NCBI GenBank assembly: GCA_945876945.1
Contig: CAMCQE010000005.1
Span: forward strand, 922 to 64,921
From: Klebsiella pneumoniae
GTDB lineage: Bacteria; Pseudomonadota; Gammaproteobacteria; Ga0077536
Direction of reading: 5' to 3'
DNA: 64,000 nt
Part shown: positions 9,423-16,610 of the stretch, piece by piece
Layout of the letters: each line of letters opens with the position of its first letter
Position numbering within the stretch: position 1 is the first letter of the stretch
Made by a program: the position numbers and the translations under genes
Notes under the pieces: model-generated
The model's input: only the letters and a program-made list of their open reading frames with translations
Told to the model about the DNA's origin: nothing
Database searches by the model: none

Positions 9423-9647
9423 CTAACCGAGTTCAGCCGACAGCGCGTTGAGTTCCGCGTCAGTGGGGAAATGCCCGGTCGCGGCTTTTGAATAAATCAC
9501 CCGGCCGGCGCTGCGGATCTCGAAAATGCCGCGCGAACCCTGGATCAATGTGACGGACTGCGCGCCCTGACGCTGCAAGCTATCCCTCGCACGGAGGGCG
9601 TGTGGCTTGTAGCTTCACATCACGCAGTATTCGATTTCGATGCTCAT
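9423..9647 (-). CDS. SelW/Rdx-family selenoprotein candidate (in-frame TGA 9615..9617 read as Sec)
   Basis: Not in the ORF track. ATG is at 9647 (GAGG with a 5-nt spacer) and TAG at 9423..9425. Translation is MSIEIEYCVM-U-SYKPHALRARDSLQRQGAQSVTLIQGSRGIFEIRSAGRVIYSKAATGHFPTDAELNALSAELG, with a CxxU-x-YK motif as in SelW. Confidence 0.75.
9572..9613 (-). promoter_or_regulatory. SECIS-like stem-loop immediately 3' of the in-frame UGA
   Basis: Hand-folded. The lower stem GCUACAAGC/GCUUGCAGC has 8 of 9 pairs. An internal loop leads to the upper stem CCCUC/GAGGG, capped by the apical loop CGUGC 22-26 nt after the UGA. Confidence 0.6.
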
Positions 9648-9723
9648 GGTGGCCTCGCTGCAGAGAGTGGAAAGGGCTAGGTCGGAGCCTACTGCAAGCG
9701 GTGCGGACTTGTCCTGCCTCGAC

Positions 9724-10683
9724 TCATTTGAGCGCGTGGTCCGAACGCTCGGTCAGTAGCCCCATCTCGTCATCACTCAAGGCAAGCGCCATGGCGGATG
9801 CCGCCGCGCTGGCCTGCCAGGGTTTGGTCGCGCCGATCACCGCCAGGCCCAAATCGCCGAGTCGGTGCAGCACCCACGCCAGCGCCACCTCCGCCGCATT
9901 CACGCCATGCGCCTCGGCGATGTGTGAGAGGGCCTCCATCAAGGGCGCTGTGCGCGTGATGTCCTGCGGCATCATCAAGCGGCGCCGTAGGCCTTGCGTC
10001 GCAAGCGCCGTCGGATCGCGATGAAACCGCCCGCTCAGAAAGCCCTTGGCCAGCGGACTATAGGCAATCACGCTGATGCCTAACTCCCGCGCGGTCTCGA
10101 GCACGCCGTTGGTCTCGAGCCCACGGTGCAGCAGATTGAAACGCAGTTCATTGGCCACCAGCGGCAGCCCCAGATTGGCCAGCGTCTGATGCGCCTGACG
10201 CATCGCGCGTGCGCTGAAATTACTCACGCCCACCGCGCTGATTAAGCCTTTTTTTGCGAGCGTCGCCATCGCTTTCATTTCGCTGGCGGCGGAGGAAAAG
10301 CCGTAGGGGTGATGCACCATGTACAGCCCGATCGGATAGCCGTTCAGCGCCGACAAGCGGGCGTCGATCGTGGCCGGGATGCTGCGCGACGTTCTGAATA
10401 GCGGAAACCATTTGTTGGCGATCATCACGCTCGCCGGTGCGATATTGAGGCTGCGCAGGGCCGCCGCAAGCGAACGCTCAGAGACCCCGAAGCCATACAT
10501 TTCCGCCGTATCAAACCAGTTGATGCCGCCGTCCAGCGCGGTTTTGATGACCGCCGTTTTTGCGGCCTGATCGAGCGGCGCGAACAGCGTGCGCGCAATG
10601 CGACCCGGGCCGGCGGCAAAATCAGCGAGCCCCAGTCCGACTGCGCTGACGAAGGGGCCGTTGTGGCCAAGGCGACGTTGCAT
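9724..10683 (-). CDS. aldo/keto reductase
   Basis: AKR-like throughout (GINWFDTAEMYG, ...VGVSNF...). The ATG at 10683 is preceded by GAGGAA. Confidence 0.88.
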   Translation of the reverse strand: MQRRLGHNGPFVSAVGLGLADFAAGPGRIARTLFAPLDQAAKTAVIKTALDGGINWFDTAEMYGFGVSERSLAAALRSLNIAPASVMIANKWFPLFRTSRSIPATIDARLSALNGYPIGLYMVHHPYGFSSAASEMKAMATLAKKGLISAVGVSNFSARAMRQAHQTLANLGLPLVANELRFNLLHRGLETNGVLETARELGISVIAYSPLAKGFLSGRFHRDPTALATQGLRRRLMMPQDITRTAPLMEALSHIAEAHGVNAAEVALAWVLHRLGDLGLAVIGATKPWQASAAASAMALALSDDEMGLLTERSDHALK

Positions 10684-10812
10684 AAGGTTTCCTCGGTGGG
10701 GAGTCTCTGCATTCTCGCGCAAACTTGTTTCACATCGGCGCAGGCACAAGGCCCGAGGCACGGCTAGAATCGCCGCTCTGCAGCCACACTCGAAGAAGAC
10801 AGGAGTTTGTCG

Positions 10813-11592
10813 ATGAAACTACCCTCGCGGATCGTAGATATTTCCCAACCGCTCGATAACGACACCGTGGTTGACCCGCCGTTCATGCGCCCCTCGATTC
10901 GCTACGTCACCGGCAAAGAAAACGCCAAGCTCATGTGCGAGCTGTTTCCGGGGCTGAAGGAAGAAGACCTGCCCGGCGGCGAAGGCTGGGCGATTGAGCA
11001 CATTTCGCTGACCACGCATAACGGCACCCATATGGACGCGCCGTATCACTACAACTCGGTCGACTCCAAGGGCAATCCCATGCCCACCATCGATCAGATG
11101 CCGCTGGACTGGTACTTCCGCCCCGGGGTGAAGCTGGATTTCAGGCACTTCGAGGATGGTTATGTCGCCACCGCGGCGGACGTTCAGGCGGAACTGAAAC
11201 GCATTGGCTACGAACTAGCGCCCATGGACATCGTGCTGGTGAACACCCGCGCCGGTGAGATGTATGGCACCGACCAATACATCCATTCGGGCTGCGGCGT
11301 TGGTCGCGAAGCCACCCACTGGCTCACCGAACAGGGCGTACGCGTGACGGGGATCGACGGCTGGAGCTGGGACGCACCGTTCTCCAAAACGCTGGAGCGC
11401 TGGCTCGCCACCAAGGACCCCCGCATCATCTGGGAAGGGCATTACGCCGGGATCGACACGCCCTACTCGCACATGGAGAAACTGCGGCATCTGGAGCAGC
11501 TGCCCTCGCACGGCTTTGTGGTGTCCTGCCTGCCGATCAAAATCAAAGGCGCCTCCGGCGGCTGGACGCGCGCGGTGGCGATGTTCGACTAA
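10813..11592 (+). CDS. cyclase family protein (kynurenine formamidase-like fold)
   Basis: Has the motif HNGTHMDAPYHY (HxGTHxDxPxH). AGGAG lies 7 nt before ATG 10813. The track uses TTG 10807. Confidence 0.8.
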   Translation: MKLPSRIVDISQPLDNDTVVDPPFMRPSIRYVTGKENAKLMCELFPGLKEEDLPGGEGWAIEHISLTTHNGTHMDAPYHYNSVDSKGNPMPTIDQMPLDWYFRPGVKLDFRHFEDGYVATAADVQAELKRIGYELAPMDIVLVNTRAGEMYGTDQYIHSGCGVGREATHWLTEQGVRVTGIDGWSWDAPFSKTLERWLATKDPRIIWEGHYAGIDTPYSHMEKLRHLEQLPSHGFVVSCLPIKIKGASGGWTRAVAMFD

Positions 11593-11604
11593 GTCCAAGG
11601 CCTT

Positions 11605-11625
11605 GCCCGTCGCTCAGCGGCGGGC
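11605..11625. terminator. GC-rich hairpin between convergent genes (weak bidirectional terminator candidate)
   Basis: GCCCGTCGC-TCA-GCGGCGGGC forms a 9-bp stem including one G-U pair. There is no clear U-tract on either side. Confidence 0.3.
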
Positions 11626-11633
11626 GAGGTTCA

Positions 11634-13004
11634 TCAGTTGGCGGCTGATAACACCCGCACAGGATTGGCGTAAATCCAGTCAAGCCAACCTTCATCGCCG
11701 ACAAGTAGCGCCAACTCCACCCGATAGTTCCCTGCCGCCGGTACCGGCCAGTCCAGCGTGCGGGATTCAACGCGCGCGATCGCTTCACCGTCTTTGACTA
11801 TCGTCCAGCGCGCCGGCAGCGATGCTTCGCCTTTGAGGCGGAGCGCCGGGGTCCAGGCAATGTTCTCGCCCATGGTCGCGCGAAGCGGGCCATCCTCGGC
11901 GAAAAAGACGAAACCACGGGCATCCGCGAGCAGGTTAAACGCCACGTAGCAGCGGGCGCTGCGCAGGGCGTCCATGAGTGCTTCCGCAGTGTTGTCGTGG
12001 GCCAGCAAATGGGTATTCACATAGCGCAGGCTGCGCTCGTAGGGGTCCAGATCCAGATGCACGAGTTCGCGTCCGGGGATCAACGGCCCGAACAGCAGCG
12101 CCAGCATCCAGCGCGTGACGGGGCCGACGGGGCGCTGCGGGTCGGTGAAGGATTTCCGGCTCGACTGACGCAGCCACAAGCCACCCTGCTCGGTGTACTC
12201 AAGGCGTAGCCCCAGGTTCTGATGCGCATCGTTGGCGCCAAAGCCGCTCATGCGCCGGTCGCGATTCTGCCGGTCCCACAGCTTCAGCTGCGCCTCGGGG
12301 CGGTCGTAGATTTCGCGGATCGCGAGCTCAGGCCAGCGCCAGGTATTCATCAGCAGCTGCGGCAGGATGCGGCCAAGCTTGTCGTCCAGAAAGTCGGTGT
12401 GGATGTTGTAGATCTCCATCGCCGATACCGCGGTGACGTCATAAGGCCTCGGCATTTCGGTGTGCCCGAAGCCCGTCAAGCCGCCTGCGCCTTCCACCCG
12501 TGCAGCGGTCTCGGCGAGCGGCACGCCGCAATCAAGGGTCGCCTGACTTGCCAGCCCCCAGATCAGCAGCCCGTTATGCAGTTCCCAACCGCGAATGAAC
12601 CGAACCTCGTGGTGCAGTCCGTCCCACTGCAGGCTGAAGTCGGCTTTTTTATCGATGCAGTGGTCGGTCATGAAGACGACGTCCACGCTTGCCGCCTTCG
12701 CGGCCGCGAGGATGCTGGGGAACGGCACTTCCGAGTCGTGTGAGAGCGCGGAATGCGAATGGATCACGGCCCGATATTCGCCCCAGCCGTCGTCAAGCTG
12801 CACGGGCGCCGCCTGTGCGCGGAGAGCGGTCAACTCGTGCGTGAGGCGCGGGAAGCGAAAGAAATAGTTCGACAGCGGCGCGCGCAGATAAACCGCCGAG
12901 GCCAGCAGGAGCACGCACGTCGCACCGAGCAGGACACGCCAAGTGATGAACCACCAGCGCGTAGCCGCGCGACGTCGTTGCCGCGCCCGTGCGATGGAAG
13001 ACAT
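11634..13004 (-). CDS. membrane-anchored PHP-superfamily metallophosphoesterase-like protein
   Basis: The N-terminus has an Arg-rich stretch plus one TM helix (WWFITWRVLLGATCVLLLASAVYL). PHP-like metal motifs are present: HSHSALSHDS, FMTDH, GANDAHQN. The C-terminal end is ...WIYANPVRV. The start is ATG 13004 or 13046. Confidence 0.55.
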   Translation of the reverse strand: MSSIARARQRRRAATRWWFITWRVLLGATCVLLLASAVYLRAPLSNYFFRFPRLTHELTALRAQAAPVQLDDGWGEYRAVIHSHSALSHDSEVPFPSILAAAKAASVDVVFMTDHCIDKKADFSLQWDGLHHEVRFIRGWELHNGLLIWGLASQATLDCGVPLAETAARVEGAGGLTGFGHTEMPRPYDVTAVSAMEIYNIHTDFLDDKLGRILPQLLMNTWRWPELAIREIYDRPEAQLKLWDRQNRDRRMSGFGANDAHQNLGLRLEYTEQGGLWLRQSSRKSFTDPQRPVGPVTRWMLALLFGPLIPGRELVHLDLDPYERSLRYVNTHLLAHDNTAEALMDALRSARCYVAFNLLADARGFVFFAEDGPLRATMGENIAWTPALRLKGEASLPARWTIVKDGEAIARVESRTLDWPVPAAGNYRVELALLVGDEGWLDWIYANPVRVLSAAN

Positions 13005-13168
13005 TGCGACCCCGGAATTGAAACCTTGTGTTGAGGCACCCTCCAATCAATTGGAGGCTTAAGTCTCAATTCTGGCACAGGCCCCGCATTCATCCCGCGG
13101 CGGGCGCAAAGTTTTTCACCTGCTCGCCGGGATCGGCAAAGCAGGTGGCGTCCGGCCAGACGACCGGC

Positions 13169-13549
13169 TTAGAACGTGGCGGTTTCCAGATGGATGTAAC
13201 CGAAGTCCTCAACCAAATCCTGTCCGAGCTCTTCCATGGTGTCGTCTTCCTCTTCGTGTTCCCACACCACCTGCACTTCGGTGCCGTCCTTGCCCCAGTC
13301 GTTAAACATGGAGAGCAAGGCGCGGAAGCCCTTGGTCGAGCTACTGTTGACGTACTGCAGCCTGAATACAGCCATGAACTCCGATGGCTTGGCGCCCGTG
13401 TACCAAGTGGCGAGCTTGGCGGTGATGCCGTCGAAAAACGGCATTGGATTTTCGGGATAGCATTCGCCTTCCAAAGACATCTGACGCGCGTCGGCTTCAA
13501 AGGTCACTTGTGGGGTAACGGCGGTGGCTTCGATGGTAAAGTCGCTCAT
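13169..13549 (-). CDS. DUF1987 / SiaC-like partner-switching protein
   Basis: 126 aa. Contains ECYPENPMPFF...RLQYVNSSSTKGFRALLSMF...VVWEHEEEDDTMEELG, typical of DUF1987. It lies downstream of a SiaB-like kinase gene. Confidence 0.75.
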   Translation of the reverse strand: MSDFTIEATAVTPQVTFEADARQMSLEGECYPENPMPFFDGITAKLATWYTGAKPSEFMAVFRLQYVNSSSTKGFRALLSMFNDWGKDGTEVQVVWEHEEEDDTMEELGQDLVEDFGYIHLETATF

Positions 13550-13602
13550 GGGTCTCAGTCCTGCTACTGGGTTAGTCCTGTTACGGAGGGTTTCAGGGTG
13601 AT

Positions 13603-14175
13603 TTAGATCACGGCCTTGATGAAGAAATAGGCCGCGTTATCCGTCCGGGTGGGATCGGATAAAAAGTGAAATTCGAGCGGCTCTGAGCTGTCGCGCGCCA
13701 GAGTCAAAAAACCCAGACCAGCGCCTTTGCTTACGGCGTCGTTCTGGGCGTGCTCGTCGTTGCGCAACTGCTCCTTGTACTGCTTCTTGATCTCTTCAAG
13801 GCTCAGGGTCTGCACTTCACGGAGCTTGGCGCTGATGCGCGGAATGCTTTCGTAGGCCACGAGATTCGCGCAGGCAATCCAGAACTGCGTGTCGTTGGCT
13901 TTGCCGACCGCGATGGCGCCCAGTTTGGCATCCACGTCCTGGCCGCTCGCAGTTTGGGCCTGCACCCCGTAATGCATCACGTTTTGCGCCATCTCGATGA
14001 AGGTGGAGAAGAGCTTGCGCGACTTCTGCGCCGCAGTGCCTTCATCCGCCATGCGGGCCTTCAGTGAGTGGGCCGCAGCTTCCACAATCGGGGTGGAGAA
14101 CTCGCCGTGGTAGTAATAAAAAACCTGACTTTTCTGCGCGTATTGCGTGAAAGTTGCAAAAGAACCGATGTCCAT
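13603..14175 (-). CDS. SiaB-like (anti-sigma-factor-type, GHKL-fold) serine/threonine protein kinase
   Basis: 190 aa. Contains FSTFIEMAQNVMHYG ... GAGLGFLTLAR, as in SiaB/RsbW-type kinases. It starts 15 bp after the phosphatase gene stop, with an AAGGAA RBS. Confidence 0.7.
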   Translation of the reverse strand: MDIGSFATFTQYAQKSQVFYYYHGEFSTPIVEAAAHSLKARMADEGTAAQKSRKLFSTFIEMAQNVMHYGVQAQTASGQDVDAKLGAIAVGKANDTQFWIACANLVAYESIPRISAKLREVQTLSLEEIKKQYKEQLRNDEHAQNDAVSKGAGLGFLTLARDSSEPLEFHFLSDPTRTDNAAYFFIKAVI

Positions 14176-14190
14176 CGTTATTCCTTGGGC

Positions 14191-15546
14191 CTAAGGGTTG
14201 AGTCTGAAAATGAAGATACTGACGTCGTCGCGGCGTTTCTGTTCGCCCTGCCAATCGACGTAAACCTGCTGAAAGCCGGTCACCAGTTCCTTCGCGGACT
14301 GGTTGATGTGTTTCTGGACGAAAGTACCGATCCGTTTCTTGCCGAAGGCGATGTTCTTGGGGCCACCGACCTGGTCAATCACGCCGTCGGTCGCAATGGT
14401 CATTACGGACCCTTGGGGGACGGTGATTTCGTAGGTTTTCCACACGGCGTCGGCGGGTGTATCGAAGTAGCCGATGCCGGCTTTGTCCCCGTCCTCGGAG
14501 CTCACCTCACCGTCGGGCGTGACAACAATCAGGTGCAACTTCGCCGCCGCGTACTTGATGGTGGTTGAGCCGTCTTCGAGCGTGAACATAAACGCGTCGA
14601 GGCCGTCGTTCGACGCCTTACGCGTGGCTTCGTCGTTCTGCTGAAGCACGCGACGCACGTACTGATGTAGCTTGGTTAACGCGGTGCCCGGATCGGCGTG
14701 TTCGTCGATCGTGGCTTCTTCAAAGTACTGTTCGAAAAAGGACAGCACGATGAGCGTCATGAAGGCGCCCGGCACACCGTGACCGGTACAGTCGAACGAG
14801 CATCCCAAGACGCCCTTGCTGGTGCGGCGAAAGAAGTAGGCGTCACCGCCCACGACATCTCGTGGGTCCCAAAGAATGCCGTAATCTTTGAAGTAAGCGG
14901 CGAGTGCGCGGTCAGAGTCGGCGAGGTGCGACTGCTGAATAAGACTCGCGTAGTTGATACTGGACATCAGCATCTTGGTTTTTTGGGCCTCGATGTCCGA
15001 CATGGATTTCAGCAGCGAGAAGCCGGTACCCATGCCCACATACTGCCCCTGCCGAGTGACGATAAAGCCGTCCTTCAAGGCCCCGCCACCATCATCCAGT
15101 GCGGCCTTGACCAAGGCCTCGACCGTCACGCTTTCTTCAATGATCAGCGGATACTCGAACATGAAGGTGGTGCAGCCGTCACGACCGAAGAGCTCGCGCC
15201 CGAAGGCACGACCGAAGCCTTCCATAAACGTGTGGCGGTTAATCAACCCGATCGGCACACCGTCGCGAACAACGGCGATGGTCTCCACGCCCGGATTCTT
15301 CACGAGGTATTGGTGCACCAGCGTATTGGTGGTGTCGGGTGTTACGGGGACCAATGGTTCTGACAGGTCTTTGGCAAAGCGCGCAATGGCTTGCTCGGTG
15401 CCTGTATCGGCTTTGGGTATGGATAGTTTTTCAGTCACTCGAGGCCACCTTGATCCAGAGAGAGGTAAACAGGTGTCGAAATCGGCTTTGCGGGAAGCCG
15501 CTGAGTTGAGCACCGGGCGCTGGTCGCTGACTGAAACAGAGGCCAA
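14191..15546 (-). CDS. PP2C/SpoIIE-family phosphatase with N-terminal CBS-pair-like sensor (SiaA-like role)
   Basis: The C-terminal half has VVGGDAYFF...FDCTGHGVPGAFMT...IATDGVIDQ (SpoIIE/PPM). The N-terminal half has two CBS-like units (IAVVRDGVPIGLINRHTF; GFIVTRQGQYVGMGT). No TM segment is present. An alternative GTG start lies at 15438. Confidence 0.75.
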   Translation of the reverse strand: MASVSVSDQRPVLNSAASRKADFDTCLPLSGSRWPRVTEKLSIPKADTGTEQAIARFAKDLSEPLVPVTPDTTNTLVHQYLVKNPGVETIAVVRDGVPIGLINRHTFMEGFGRAFGRELFGRDGCTTFMFEYPLIIEESVTVEALVKAALDDGGGALKDGFIVTRQGQYVGMGTGFSLLKSMSDIEAQKTKMLMSSINYASLIQQSHLADSDRALAAYFKDYGILWDPRDVVGGDAYFFRRTSKGVLGCSFDCTGHGVPGAFMTLIVLSFFEQYFEEATIDEHADPGTALTKLHQYVRRVLQQNDEATRKASNDGLDAFMFTLEDGSTTIKYAAAKLHLIVVTPDGEVSSEDGDKAGIGYFDTPADAVWKTYEITVPQGSVMTIATDGVIDQVGGPKNIAFGKKRIGTFVQKHINQSAKELVTGFQQVYVDWQGEQKRRDDVSIFIFRLNP

Positions 15547-15803
15547 ACGCCCGGGCTCGGGCTCCTATCGGCACCAAGGAAATCATCCTTAAGAGCGTTT
15601 TCAAGTTGTCTGGGAAATTAGGGCGGTTTTTTTGAAGGGAAAGCGAAAATATCGATTCTCAGCGTCCGCGATGGGCAATTCACGGCCCTAAAAAGACAGT
15701 CTCGTGACAACAATCCAGAAGTGAGCAGCGGGCCAGATGGCTCGCAGAACGAAGCAAGGGTCGTTTCAGGCCCGGACTAAAACCGGGCGACAACGGATTC
15801 GGC

Positions 15804-16610
15804 CTATCCTTCCGCGGCGGGGGATACGAGCAATTCGGGCGTGGCAGGGGACGCCACCATCGCCACGTCACTGTCATCCTTCAATTCAACGCCCGTCAGT
15901 TGACGCAGCAAGGCTTCATTGATCAACCAGCCGAGCTTGCGGGCCGCTTCGGGGTAAGGCAGGCCGGCGGGGCGGATGTTCGACACGCAGTTACGTTCGG
16001 CGTCGGAACGCCCCCGGCGGGGATTGAAAGTGAGATAAGCACCCAGGCTATCGGGCGAACTCAGGCCCGGGCGCTCACCGATGAGCATCACCACCAGACG
16101 CGCTCCCAATGCTTCGCCAATGTCGTCGCCCAGCGCGACCCTTGCCTGCGTGGCGATGACCAGCGGCGCCACCCGCCACGCGGGGTGCAGCTGCGGCAAC
16201 AAAGCCTGCAGCAGCGGCGCGCCGTGAGCCTGCACGGCCACCGCAGACAAGCCGTCGGCAAGGACCAGCGCAATATCGAAAGGGCCTCTGTGGTCGCGCA
16301 GCGAGGGCTCGGCATCGGGGGCAATGCTGCGTCCCAGATCGGGTCTTAGCAGGTAGCTCGCCCGGTCCGGCGCGCGACTCCGCACCCACACCGTGGGGAG
16401 TCCGAGCGACGCAAGGCTGGCATCGAGGCTGGTGGGGTCCAGCGCGGCATGCACCGCATCGCGCGCCATCGCATGCGCCAGACCAAACTTCAGCACTTCG
16501 TCGGTGGGCAGGCTGGACCCCACGCGACCCAGCGCGATCCGGGCGTCGGTGAACTGGCGGAGCTCGGTCCAGGGATTGGCTTCGATGACGACCGGTTTCT
16601 GCTCGCTCAT
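15804..16610 (-). CDS. eutC: ethanolamine ammonia-lyase small subunit
   Basis: 268 aa, EutC-like (ARIALGRVGSSLPT...). Its start overlaps the eutB stop by 4 nt. Confidence 0.9.
   Translation of the reverse strand: MSEQKPVVIEANPWTELRQFTDARIALGRVGSSLPTDEVLKFGLAHAMARDAVHAALDPTSLDASLASLGLPTVWVRSRAPDRASYLLRPDLGRSIAPDAEPSLRDHRGPFDIALVLADGLSAVAVQAHGAPLLQALLPQLHPAWRVAPLVIATQARVALGDDIGEALGARLVVMLIGERPGLSSPDSLGAYLTFNPRRGRSDAERNCVSNIRPAGLPYPEAARKLGWLINEALLRQLTGVELKDDSDVAMVASPATPELLVSPAAEG

Noticed and set aside
9602-10024. 140-aa plus-strand ORF (and 9258..9491 +) covering the 'empty' gap between DUF1499 and the AKR gene
   Set aside because: It is antisense to the AKR 3' end and to the SelW-like start, and has no motifs. 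The gap is better explained by the TGA-containing SelW-like gene on the minus strand.
13074-13089. Sigma-54-like motif TGGCAC-AGGCC-CCGC on the plus strand
   Set aside because: The GG/GC spacing is right, but it points into the antisense strand of the DUF1987 gene with no plus-strand gene to drive. The -12 element is also poor, so it is probably a chance match.
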